IMG/VR virus record: IMGVR_UViG_3300032285_004186
Origin: a virus
Length of the DNA: 64,000 nucleotides
Direction: 5' to 3' (one strand)
In this document: positions 10,163-19,347 of the stretch, piece by piece
Numbering within the stretch: the stretch's first letter is position 1
How the letters are laid out: each line of letters opens with the position of its first letter
Notes under the pieces: generated by a model
Seen by the model: only the letters and a program-made list of their open reading frames with translations
Told to the model about the DNA's origin: nothing
Databases searched by the model: none
Program-made: the position numbers and the translations under genes

Positions 10163-10886
10163 ATTTTTTTTGTATTTCTTCCATAGCCAAGAACATTTGA
10201 TTGGCTGAAACACCTACTGGATCATTTTGACCCGGTATATATTGGTGTTTGTTATAAAACAAACCAAAGCTCAACTCAGCACTGCGTTGTTCTGTGGTGT
10301 TGACTTTATTCAATTTAACAACAGCTTTATAAAGCCCTTGATTCATGCAGGGATTGAAATGGTTAGGAGGATATATACCATCTTTGCGCAGTCTTAAGAT
10401 ATAATCTAATGTATCCAATTGATTGTTACTGTAAAAATGTTCATTAAAATAACCATATCTTTTTATCAAGTTGGAATATAAAAAAATAACATCAGCATTT
10501 AGCTCTGGTGTTATTTCCAAAGAAAGTTGTTTCTCTTCATCATCTACAACTAGAGTATCAGAACCGGGACCAGTCATCATCCAAACTCCAAAATTAGACG
10601 CTTTTTTTAAAGTGTTATCAAAAAAATCTACATCTGTAATAGCATAATTTGAATTTATTAAAAATAAAAATTTTTTTTCTAATAATCTAAAATAAGCAAT
10701 TAATCGATTTTTTAAAGCCGCAAAAGAAACTTCTCTGTCAAATCTTTCACCCTTAATCGGTAATTTGTTATTAGTATTAGATACTATATAAACATTTTCT
10801 TTTAATTGTTCTGGTATAGAATTAAAACAATTATTTAATTCAATTTGTCCGTAAACATCTATAATTCCTATTCCAATTTTATTCAT
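10146..10886 (-). CDS. Degenerate GT2-like paralogue lacking the acidic metal-binding motif
   Basis: Aligns by eye with the two downstream GT2 domains but has FLINSN where they have FL(L/I)EDD. Confidence 0.55.
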   Translation of the reverse strand: MNKIGIGIIDVYGQIELNNCFNSIPEQLKENVYIVSNTNNKLPIKGERFDREVSFAALKNRLIAYFRLLEKKFLFLINSNYAITDVDFFDNTLKKASNFGVWMMTGPGSDTLVVDDEEKQLSLEITPELNADVIFLYSNLIKRYGYFNEHFYSNNQLDTLDYILRLRKDGIYPPNHFNPCMNQGLYKAVVKLNKVNTTEQRSAELSFGLFYNKHQYIPGQNDPVGVSANQMFLAMEEIQKKYAREL

Positions 10887-10887
10887 A

Positions 10888-11946
10888 TTAATTTTGTAAT
10901 TTTAAATATAGATCATTTAAATAATCAAATATTTCTTTTTTATGTTCTATATCCATTGCCTCTATAAAATCTAGAATGTTTTTAGATATGTCTATAGAGT
11001 CATATGTATTTTCTGATATGTTTATAGAAAGATCTTTATCTGGTACTTTATAGTCCAATCTAAAAAATTTAGGATTAAGATTTTGTAATTTAGAAGATAT
11101 TAAACTAATTTCTTCTGGTGGTAAATTAACATCTATTAAAAGACATACTAAATTATTAGGAACATTATTTCTTATAAAAGAAGAAGGTAATTCTTTAGAT
11201 AAAATTTTAGATAAAGAAATTTTAACATGTTTAGGTGAAACATTATTTAAAATAAAATCAAAATTATCTTTTTCTAAATCAAAAATATAAATACCTCTTT
11301 CCTCATCCATATCTCCAAAATTTTGTTGATATGGACTGCCTAGATATAATATTTCACCATTTTCATAATGTCGATGTGTTCTTTTGTGAAAATGGCCAGT
11401 TATAATATATTTGGCTTTGTTTAAAAGTTCAGCAGAAGTCATACCATGGTCACAGGTGGCATGATTATTCATTTTAAAGCTTTTAATTTCAAAATGTCCC
11501 ACACAGTAATCCATATTATCTGGTATATCTTTAATATCTATTCCCCACGGAATCATACACAATTTTTTAGTAGAATTAACTATTTCAAATATACGAGGTT
11601 CTTTATCTATGATTGTAATATTATTCCATCCATCAAATAAAGATATAGAATTAATATCACTTCTTTCCTTATAATAACAATCATGATTTCCGGTGGAAAT
11701 GTAAATTTTAAAATTACTGAAAATATCAAAGAATTGTTTAGCTGTGCTTAAAGTATTGACTGAAATTTCATTTCTATTATGAAATATATCACCTGGAATT
11801 AAAATTTCATTTATACCTCTTTGAGTATAAATTTCAGCAGCCCATTTTGCAAAATTTAAAATGTTAGAGTGCCACGTTTCACTGTTTTGTCCCAGACCTA
11901 TATGTATGTCTGAAAAAATTCCTATTCGTGGCCCTTTAATTTTCAT
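10888..11946 (-). CDS. gp47: Recombination endonuclease subunit (T4 gp47 / Mre11-SbcD-like)
   Basis: Metallophosphoesterase motifs SDIHIG, GDIFH, GNHD, GHFE, GHFH, YLGSPYQ. Confidence 0.95.
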   Translation of the reverse strand: MKIKGPRIGIFSDIHIGLGQNSETWHSNILNFAKWAAEIYTQRGINEILIPGDIFHNRNEISVNTLSTAKQFFDIFSNFKIYISTGNHDCYYKERSDINSISLFDGWNNITIIDKEPRIFEIVNSTKKLCMIPWGIDIKDIPDNMDYCVGHFEIKSFKMNNHATCDHGMTSAELLNKAKYIITGHFHKRTHRHYENGEILYLGSPYQQNFGDMDEERGIYIFDLEKDNFDFILNNVSPKHVKISLSKILSKELPSSFIRNNVPNNLVCLLIDVNLPPEEISLISSKLQNLNPKFFRLDYKVPDKDLSINISENTYDSIDISKNILDFIEAMDIEHKKEIFDYLNDLYLKLQN

Positions 11947-11949
11947 TTC

Positions 11950-12609
11950 TTAATAATTGTTATTTTGCGAAATTCTTAATTGATTGTTTTTTACAACAGT
12001 TTTATAATTTTCTGAAAAAAGCATCAATTCATTTTGATATTTTTCATGAGTATCTCTTAAGTGTTTCTCTTTTTTAATTCTATTACGGAAAGCATTAAAA
12101 GCAATGCGTGTAAAGTAAGAAAATGGATTAGAACCTTTGGCATGATCATATTTTTTAGAGGTCAATGCTTTAAACATGCGTATAACCCCGTCACCCACCA
12201 TTTCTTCTCTATAGGTATAGTTAATAAAATTTGGAGCATAACTTAATTTATTGGCAATCTTACTAACCATTTGAGCCAAACTATCAGACATATTTCCGGT
12301 TTTATAATACTCAATAATTTCATTATCAAATTCTACCGGATTGACATAAAATTTTTCTTTATCTGTCGGTTTTTTCTTTTTAATTAATGGTTTAATAATT
12401 TTTTCTTCCTTTTCTTCCTCATCTTCCTCTAAATCATCATTAAAATCATCTAACTCATCATTTTCTTCATTTTCTTCATTTTCATCTTCGTAAGATTTTG
12501 GAATTTCATACCCAAGAAACTCTGCTTCTTCCTGTGTATAAATTATTTCTGTAATATCTTCATTTACTAATGAAACTTTTCTACGTGACTTCCTTCTCGG
12601 TGTATTCAT
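11950..12609 (-). CDS. gp55: Late-transcription sigma factor
   Basis: FYVNPVEF, IANKLSYAPNFINYTYREEMVGDG, NPFSYFTRIAFNAFRNRIKKEK. Confidence 0.92.
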   Translation of the reverse strand: MNTPRRKSRRKVSLVNEDITEIIYTQEEAEFLGYEIPKSYEDENEENEENDELDDFNDDLEEDEEEKEEKIIKPLIKKKKPTDKEKFYVNPVEFDNEIIEYYKTGNMSDSLAQMVSKIANKLSYAPNFINYTYREEMVGDGVIRMFKALTSKKYDHAKGSNPFSYFTRIAFNAFRNRIKKEKHLRDTHEKYQNELMLFSENYKTVVKNNQLRISQNNNY

Positions 12610-13996
12610 ATTTTTCTAATTTGTATATTTTTTTTCTCTCATCAACATGCTTTTTGCCGTATTTGGTATTATCTGCTATGTCAAAAATAATTGCTTCAGT
12701 TTTTGTGTGATGCAATCTTAATACTCGACCTATAGATTGCATGATTTTAATTTTGGCCTTCCCAGCTGAAGCAAAAATAATATTGTGTAAATTAGGTATA
12801 TTAATACCTGTGCTAAATATTTTAGAAATTGCAACTACTATTACATCTCTCCGAGTGTCCATGAGAGATCTTATTTTTTCTCTATCTTCCATTTCTGTGA
12901 TGCCTTGAATAAAATAAACCGGTCGATCCGTGTCTTTTAAATAATTTAATAAAATATGTCCGTGCTCTATTCTATCAATCATAATAAGGGTATTTTCAGT
13001 TAATTTTTTTGCCAAATTAGTTATAATTTCATTTCGACGAATGTTGTTTTGTAAAAATTCTATTTCCTGTCGATATGCCAAAGACGGTTGAGAAAAATCT
13101 AAATCAAATGTAGGCAAAGTAAGGTGTTTTATTTTTAAAATAAAAATTTTAAATTTAGAGACATACGATTGTTCTTTTAATGTATGTGTTTTTTGTTCAT
13201 AGGTAATTGGACCAATTTTACCTATTATATTCCACTGATCAATTTTTGAAGGTGGCATGGTACCAGTGAACCCAAATTTAAAAGATGTGTTAATAAATTT
13301 TAATATTTCATTTATTTTATTACCTCTTTTTAAAGAATGAACTTCATCTACTAATAGAAGACCAAAATTGTCTAAAACTGAAAGATCTGTTTTTTCTGAC
13401 ATTAAAATTTGAGTACCAACCACCACAATATCAGATTCTGGATTATATTCATTATTCCCAGACCATTTTGAAACATTAGTTAAACCATATTCTAAAAAAT
13501 CATTAGCTGTTTGTTCCACTAATTGGATAGAAGGTACCAACACTAAAGTTTTAATTTTAGACATTTTGTCAAAAAAACTCTTTATTAAACCAGCCATAAT
13601 TAAAGTCTTACCACCTGCAGTTGGAATAACTGTTACACCTCTACCTTGTTTTAAGGCTGCGTGTATGCTCCGTTCTTGATAATCTCTGTAAGTTTTGTTT
13701 TTAAATGTAGATACACTTGGATTGGCAAATCCTGGATTGAATAATTCTTTTATTTGTAGAGAAATATTATAAGAATAATGATTTAATTCTAAATAATTTA
13801 AAATCTCACCTAAGAGACCTGTATCAAATTTACCCTGTTGAGTGATAGAGTATAATCTAGACGGAGTAAAATGTGAAGAACCCCTTCGATAGGAAGGATT
13901 GGATATAGAAAAATTCTCTCTAATCAAAGAGAGAATTTCTTTTTCACTTTCTATCAAAATTTGACGGTTTTTATTAACCAAAGAAAACTGTATCAT
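12581..13996 (-). CDS. uvsW: SF2 DNA helicase UvsW
   Basis: RDYQ, PTAGGKT, DEVH, GFTGT, FSTGINIPNLHNIIFAS, QSIGRVLR; adjacent to uvsY. Confidence 0.92.
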   Translation of the reverse strand: MIQFSLVNKNRQILIESEKEILSLIRENFSISNPSYRRGSSHFTPSRLYSITQQGKFDTGLLGEILNYLELNHYSYNISLQIKELFNPGFANPSVSTFKNKTYRDYQERSIHAALKQGRGVTVIPTAGGKTLIMAGLIKSFFDKMSKIKTLVLVPSIQLVEQTANDFLEYGLTNVSKWSGNNEYNPESDIVVVGTQILMSEKTDLSVLDNFGLLLVDEVHSLKRGNKINEILKFINTSFKFGFTGTMPPSKIDQWNIIGKIGPITYEQKTHTLKEQSYVSKFKIFILKIKHLTLPTFDLDFSQPSLAYRQEIEFLQNNIRRNEIITNLAKKLTENTLIMIDRIEHGHILLNYLKDTDRPVYFIQGITEMEDREKIRSLMDTRRDVIVVAISKIFSTGINIPNLHNIIFASAGKAKIKIMQSIGRVLRLHHTKTEAIIFDIADNTKYGKKHVDERKKIYKLEKYEYTEKEVT

Positions 13997-14394
13997 TAAG
14001 TCGTCTCCAATTTGTTTATTTCTATGATGTTTTTAATATCATAAGTCATAGATCTAAACACGGTTTCTACTTTTTCTAGATATTCTATTAGAAGTTTAGT
14101 TTCTTCTATATCTTCATTAAGTTTCATTAAGGCATCTGAATTGTCTATTTTCTTTTCTAAAGATGCCTTAGGGATACCAGGAGGTAATCCTTGTTCTTCT
14201 AAAGAAGAAAGAACTGCTATTTTAGCCATTTTTTTCTTTCTTTCTAAATTATTAAGATATCTCTTCTGTTCTATCAATCGAAATACCCATTTATGTTTAA
14301 TAGAAGGCAAAGTCAATTGTTTTTGAGAAAGATTTAACTCATCTATTTGAGTGTCTTCTTTGAGTTCTTGACTAAGTTTATCAAAATCTAACAT
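13996..14394 (-). CDS. uvsY: Recombination mediator UvsY
   Basis: Helical protein of about 130 aa: D..ID..NL...L.LPSIKHKW...YDIKNIIE; adjacent to uvsW; start refined to ATG 14394. Confidence 0.75.
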   Translation of the reverse strand: MLDFDKLSQELKEDTQIDELNLSQKQLTLPSIKHKWVFRLIEQKRYLNNLERKKKMAKIAVLSSLEEQGLPPGIPKASLEKKIDNSDALMKLNEDIEETKLLIEYLEKVETVFRSMTYDIKNIIEINKLETT

Positions 14395-14424
14395 AAATAT
14401 TATTGATTTTATTAATATTCTAGT

Positions 14425-14643
14425 ATGTCCACAAAATTTCAACAATTATTTTTACAACTTATGGAGGACAACTCTGCAGCACTGGGGGGTGTTTTTGGAC
14501 CCAATGATGCTTATGCCTCACCTGAAAATTTAGACACCAAGTTTTCTATGGCCATAACCGGAAAATCTAGTGTTAAAGGTCCGAAAAATAAAAAAAAGAA
14601 AAAATTTCCGTTGATAAGAAGAAATTTGAATAGATCTTTATAA
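14425..14643 (+). CDS. Small hypothetical late protein with basic C-terminus
   Basis: 72-aa ORF with TAAATA at 14394-14399 upstream; abuts the next gene. Confidence 0.55.
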   Translation: MSTKFQQLFLQLMEDNSAALGGVFGPNDAYASPENLDTKFSMAITGKSSVKGPKNKKKKKFPLIRRNLNRSL

Positions 14644-15071
14644 TGGCCACGGAAGAAAAATATGGTCATTGGATTTTAAATGACGAAATACAAATAAATG
14701 AAACTACTTTTGGGTTTATTTATGAAATTACTAATATTATAGAAAATAAAATATATATTGGTAAAAAACAGTGTAATTCTAGAGTAAAAAGAAAACCCTT
14801 AAAAGGTAAAAAACGTAATAGAATAAGTTTTAAACAATCTGATTGGAAGACTTATACTAGCTCTTCAGAAAATGTTAATAATGATATAATTCGTCTGGGC
14901 AAAGAAAATTTTACATTTAAAATTATTAAAATTTGTTCTTGTAAATGGGAATTAGCTTACTATGAGGCTAAAATTCAATTTGAACGCAATGTTTTATTTG
15001 ACAAAAATTATTACAACGGTATTATTAATCTTAGAATAGGATCTCCTCCTAAAAATCTTACTTTAACATGA
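14643..15071 (+). CDS. GIY-YIG family nuclease-like protein
   Basis: FGFIYEITN...KIYIGKKQ...WKTYTSSS...YYEAKIQF...YYNG. Confidence 0.75.
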   Translation: MATEEKYGHWILNDEIQINETTFGFIYEITNIIENKIYIGKKQCNSRVKRKPLKGKKRNRISFKQSDWKTYTSSSENVNNDIIRLGKENFTFKIIKICSCKWELAYYEAKIQFERNVLFDKNYYNGIINLRIGSPPKNLTLT

Positions 15072-15538
15072 AAATAAAAGATTCTTTGGTTCTTTATCTT
15101 CCACAAAGAATTATAATTTTTCCGTTACATTTGTATTTAAATGTTTTAATGTCTAGAGTATTAAACAGATTACATGAATGGGATCTTATTAAAGATAAAA
15201 AAATTTCAGGCAAAGAAAAATATTTTAATTTCTTTTTAGAAAAAGAAATATTAGACATTTTATTAGAAATAAAACTAGTATATAAAAATTTAAATCTTAA
15301 AGTTTTTATTTTTTTAAAAGATAGTAATTTTTCAGAAACAAATTTATTATATATAGATTCAAAGAATCAAATTTTAAAAAAAATAATTTTAAAATTTAAA
15401 AAAATTTGTGGAAAATATTTTATATACAATCCAAATATTAATTTTAATTTTATACAAACAGAAAAAACTTTTAAAAATCTTAAATGTGGTGAACCCACAG
15501 GTGAAGAATTGGAATTTTTAATTAAATTAAAAGACTAA
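15068..15538 (+). CDS. Hypothetical protein, very AT-rich and K/I/L/F-rich
   Basis: 156-aa ORF coupled to both neighbours. Confidence 0.5.
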   Translation: MKIKDSLVLYLPQRIIIFPLHLYLNVLMSRVLNRLHEWDLIKDKKISGKEKYFNFFLEKEILDILLEIKLVYKNLNLKVFIFLKDSNFSETNLLYIDSKNQILKKIILKFKKICGKYFIYNPNINFNFIQTEKTFKNLKCGEPTGEELEFLIKLKD

Positions 15539-15539
15539 C

Positions 15540-16427
15540 ATGTCAGAAAAATATATAGTGTTTCACATAGACGGGGGAGTGGGTAAAAGTGTTTTAGCAA
15601 CTGCTGTTTGTTCTTCTATCAAAAAAGCTCATCCGGAAAGAAAGATTATTGTCATAACAGCTTGGCCAGAAGTTTTTTTACACAATCCAGAAATTTATAG
15701 AGTATACAAAGCCGGAAATTTTGCTTATTTTTATGAAGATTTTATTAAAGACAAAGATTCTTTAATTTTCAGACTAGAACCCTATCACAGTAGTGATTTT
15801 ATACACCAGAGTAAGTCTTTGATAGAAATATGGTGTGATTTATTTCAAATTCCTTGTATTTCTTTACAGCCTAAACTTTTTTTAACTCAAAGAGAAATAA
15901 TAAATGCTCAGAGTACTTTGAATACTAAGGATCCTATATTAATGATTCACCCATTTGGAGGTGGTGATAATGCTGAAAATTCTTACTCTTGGGCCAGAGA
16001 TCTGCCACCAGTCTTGGCTCAGAATTTAGTTAATAAATTGCATAAAAATTTTGGTAAAGTATTACAAATTCGAAGAGATAAACAAATTGTGTTAGATAAT
16101 ACTGTAGGTGTATCAGATAGCCTGCGTAATATTTTTTGTTATGTACATTTATCTACAAGAGTAATAGCCATAGACTCCATGATTCAACATATAGCAGCAG
16201 CCCTAAACAAGCCAGCTGCAGTCGGTTGGATAGCAAATTCACCTAAAGTATTTGGACATGAATTACATACCAATATTCCACCTAGCCAACGTCCAGCTTT
16301 TAGACATTCTATAGATTCTTACTTAGAAGAACTGGATTGGACCGGAAAGAGACATTACGAATGTCCGTATGATGATATTAATAATATCTTTAAAGAAGAA
16401 GAATTTTTAAAATACTGTGAATTATGA
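15540..16427 (+). CDS. GT-B glycosyltransferase, GT9 (heptosyltransferase)-like
   Basis: GGVGKSVLAT, EVFLHNP, MIHPFGG, IDSMIQHIAAALNKP. Confidence 0.7.
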   Translation: MSEKYIVFHIDGGVGKSVLATAVCSSIKKAHPERKIIVITAWPEVFLHNPEIYRVYKAGNFAYFYEDFIKDKDSLIFRLEPYHSSDFIHQSKSLIEIWCDLFQIPCISLQPKLFLTQREIINAQSTLNTKDPILMIHPFGGGDNAENSYSWARDLPPVLAQNLVNKLHKNFGKVLQIRRDKQIVLDNTVGVSDSLRNIFCYVHLSTRVIAIDSMIQHIAAALNKPAAVGWIANSPKVFGHELHTNIPPSQRPAFRHSIDSYLEELDWTGKRHYECPYDDINNIFKEEEFLKYCEL

Positions 16428-16702
16428 ATGAAGACAATTTAAAACCAGATTCAGTTGAAACTATTATTAGTATAGGTCGTATTTTCTCAGAAAAAGATGA
16501 CATGTGGATGCCGTGTCTTAAAGATGAAGCCTCTCACGACATAGATCCGGTGTGGGTTGCTGCAGTGATGTATCTAGTGTTAGATCGTTATGTTGGTTGT
16601 ATACCAGATGAGAAGCAAATAGAATTTTATGAAACTACTTTAAAGATATTTGAAGCCATGAAAGAAAATGGAGCCAAGTTTATTTTAAAGGTCAATAAAT
16701 AA
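16424..16702 (+). CDS. Hypothetical protein
   Basis: 92-aa ORF with ATGA overlap to the previous gene. Confidence 0.55.
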   Translation: MNEDNLKPDSVETIISIGRIFSEKDDMWMPCLKDEASHDIDPVWVAAVMYLVLDRYVGCIPDEKQIEFYETTLKIFEAMKENGAKFILKVNK

Positions 16703-16715
16703 CATAAATATCTTC

Positions 16716-17420
16716 ATGGCCGCTTCTTTATTTCTACAAAATCTTATTAATGAACAAATTAATTTGTCAAAAAACAAATTAAAATCTAAATTTAATCTTA
16801 CCTTAGAAAGTATTTTATCAGAAGATGAAGTAGTACCCGGAACAATTTCTTCACCACCAAATGCATCTGCTGGTGGACCACCAGCCACACCACAAGCAAA
16901 TCCAGTTACTCCAGAACCGGAAACAGACCTCCCGCCAATTAATGCAGATATAGAAATAAAATTATCTAGATTAGCAGCCTTAGCTCTACTGACGGATATA
17001 CACAGAGTTTTGGATAAACATGAAGAATTAAGATCTGATGAAATTGTATTGTCTAAACTAAAAGATAGTGGAATTTCTGGCAAAGAGGATTGTTTAAAGG
17101 CTTTGCAGAAAATTTTAAAATTTGTTAAATTGGGTGATAATGAAGTGGGCTTTGATATAGATCAAGATTTTGTAAAGAAATTTGATCCTTCTTCAGAAGA
17201 TGCTATAACTAATTTAATTCTTAAAGTATTGTTTATATCTAAAGATAAAATTCTTCAAAATAATGATTCTTTGAGAAGTGTGGTTGATGATATAGGTTCT
17301 TTGCAATCACAAATTAAACCTATAGAAAAATCAGACCCAGTGGCAGCTACAGATCTTGCTAAACAAATAGTTCAAAAAATAAATAATGATATTCTTCCGT
17401 CAGCAGACTTGACTATATAA
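16716..17420 (+). CDS. Hypothetical late protein, putative internal head protein
   Basis: TAAATA 5 nt upstream; Pro/Ala-rich linker after ILSE. Confidence 0.6.
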   Translation: MAASLFLQNLINEQINLSKNKLKSKFNLTLESILSEDEVVPGTISSPPNASAGGPPATPQANPVTPEPETDLPPINADIEIKLSRLAALALLTDIHRVLDKHEELRSDEIVLSKLKDSGISGKEDCLKALQKILKFVKLGDNEVGFDIDQDFVKKFDPSSEDAITNLILKVLFISKDKILQNNDSLRSVVDDIGSLQSQIKPIEKSDPVAATDLAKQIVQKINNDILPSADLTI

Positions 17421-17441
17421 AACATAAGACTAATATAGGTT

Positions 17442-17699
17442 ATGTCTGATACAGAATTTACACAAGAAGAAATTCAATTAATTATTGAATCGTTATTGTA
17501 TTGTGCTTCTTCTGAAATCAATCATACAAAATATCACGAAGATATAACTAGGGTTATAGAACTTGCTGTGAAATTGCGCCTCAAACATCAGGACATTCCG
17601 TTAGATAATGTTTATTATTTCGATGGTAAAGTATTTACTTGTCCTTATGTAGATGAAATAAACAAATTCTTTCCGGAAATAAGATATACTGATTTATGA
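17442..17699 (+). CDS. Hypothetical protein
   Basis: 85-aa ORF with TTGACT-16-TAATAT upstream. Confidence 0.55.
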   Translation: MSDTEFTQEEIQLIIESLLYCASSEINHTKYHEDITRVIELAVKLRLKHQDIPLDNVYYFDGKVFTCPYVDEINKFFPEIRYTDL

Positions 17700-18328
17700 A
17701 AATTGCTGTAGTAGGAACTCAATGTATAGGTAAGTCTACTTTTATTAAAGACTTTCTCAAAAAATGGCCGATGTATACCACGCCGGAAAAAACTTATAGA
17801 GATGCAGTTAAGGAAAAAAATATTTCCATTAATCGTGAAGGTACAGAAGAATCTCAGCAAATTATTTTAGATTTCTTGGTGGATCAAGCTTTGTCTTGTT
17901 CTAAATCTGAAAATGTTATATTTGATAGATGTGTATTAGATAATTTGGCTTATTCTTCTTGGTTGAATTTAAACAATAAGGTTTCTGACAAATTTCTAGA
18001 TCAGTCTAGAATTTTAGTAAGAGAAACTTTAAAGATGTTTGATATTATTTTCTTTCTTCCTATTACCAAGGTATCTCCAGTTGCTATAGTGGAAGATGGT
18101 GTGAGGGATATAGATCCTACTTACAGAGAAGAAATAGATAACATTTTCAAGGTCTTTGTTAAGTCTTATCAATCCGGAGATGGAAGAGTATTTCCTAAGG
18201 GTGATAGCCCTCCAATTATAGAAATATACGGGAGTCCGGAACAGCGCATTGCCTTGACCTCTATGTATATTACTGAAGAAGGCAAACCATACGGAGAAGA
18301 ACAAAGTCTCATAACAGACATTTATTAG
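17696..18328 (+). CDS. P-loop kinase, AAA_28 / NadR-Ttd14-like
   Basis: GTQCIGKST, DRCVLDNLAY, EDGVRD. Confidence 0.8.
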   Translation: MKIAVVGTQCIGKSTFIKDFLKKWPMYTTPEKTYRDAVKEKNISINREGTEESQQIILDFLVDQALSCSKSENVIFDRCVLDNLAYSSWLNLNNKVSDKFLDQSRILVRETLKMFDIIFFLPITKVSPVAIVEDGVRDIDPTYREEIDNIFKVFVKSYQSGDGRVFPKGDSPPIIEIYGSPEQRIALTSMYITEEGKPYGEEQSLITDIY

Positions 18329-18342
18329 AATAAATAAATGAT

Positions 18343-19320
18343 ATGAGTTTATTTGAAGACCTTTATCAACAACAATTAGAAGAAATGGCCCGTTCTACAG
18401 ATGTGGCTGATTTTGGCGGCGTGCCAGAAGATTTTCCAAGCAAAGCCATTCCTAATAGAGGCACAGCCAATCGTTTTGGTAGACATCAAAATTCAGATGT
18501 TCAGCCATTCTTTCAAGCAGTTGTACAAGATTTTCTTTCTAGAGAAAATAAAAAAATTACATATGCAGAAGTTTCTACGGCTATTAAAAATATTTTGTTA
18601 AAAGGTAAAGATCGCGGCGGTATGGGAATGGGACCTACCTTTGCGGATAAATGGACTCAACATTTGTCTGATGTATTGTTTAAATTACTAAAAAGTGTTA
18701 ATGCAGCATCTAAAGCACCTAGCAGTAGTCCAGCAGAAGAAGATTCAGAAGACAAATCTCCAATTAATGTAGCTCCGGAAGTTCCAACATCTTCTGAAAA
18801 AGAAATTTCACCGGAAGAATCTGAAAAAGAAGCTGATCAAGATATTTCAGATAATGAAGCAGAAGAAGAGCCAGCAGAAGTTTCTAAACCAGAATCTGCT
18901 GAAGATGATCTAGAAGCCACAGCCGGATTAGATTTGAATCCAGAAGAGGAAGCTTTATTAGATGTTATTAAAAATCTTGGTGGTAATGAAGTTACTAACA
19001 AACAAATTATAGCAGATCCATCCACTCCCTTTAAATTAAGAGATGATCCTTCTAAATTAAGGGAGGTACTAGGTAAAATGGCTAGAGAACACGGAGTTAT
19101 TAGCCGAGGAGATACTGGATGGAATATTAAAGAAAAAGAATCTTCAGAAAATGGAGCTGTGTTTGATAGAGATGAAGATGGAGAAGATTATGGGGCCAAA
19201 GACACCATATCTCAATATGCTTCAAATTATGGTGAAAGACCTGAATTTGGATCTCAATTTGAAAGTTTTGACATTATGAAAACTTTCGTAGATTCTTTTA
19301 AATCTAAAAGTCTTGAGTAA
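18343..19320 (+). CDS. Acidic hypothetical late protein, putative internal head protein
   Basis: TAAATA 6 nt upstream; N-terminus MSLFEDLYQQQLEE; long E/S/P-rich linker. Confidence 0.6.
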   Translation: MSLFEDLYQQQLEEMARSTDVADFGGVPEDFPSKAIPNRGTANRFGRHQNSDVQPFFQAVVQDFLSRENKKITYAEVSTAIKNILLKGKDRGGMGMGPTFADKWTQHLSDVLFKLLKSVNAASKAPSSSPAEEDSEDKSPINVAPEVPTSSEKEISPEESEKEADQDISDNEAEEEPAEVSKPESAEDDLEATAGLDLNPEEEALLDVIKNLGGNEVTNKQIIADPSTPFKLRDDPSKLREVLGKMAREHGVISRGDTGWNIKEKESSENGAVFDRDEDGEDYGAKDTISQYASNYGERPEFGSQFESFDIMKTFVDSFKSKSLE

Positions 19321-19341
19321 CCCTTAAATACTAGTTATACT
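19313..19341 (+). promoter_or_regulatory. Sigma70-type promoter for primase, apparently leaderless
   Basis: TTGAGT-17-TATACT, then 6 nt to ATG 19348. Confidence 0.65.
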
Positions 19342-19347
19342 AGTAAC

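Noticed and set aside
2614-10886. Island as host chromosomal LPS locus, prophage boundary or misassembly
   Set aside because: Composition matches the flanks, genes abut gp47 and gp46 directly, and there are no integrase, att-like or membrane transport genes. Read mapping would be needed to exclude misassembly fully.
14643-15071. GIY-YIG ORF as part of an intron or mobile homing element
   Set aside because: It is free-standing and short, lacks a C-terminal DNA-binding extension, and interrupts no gene.
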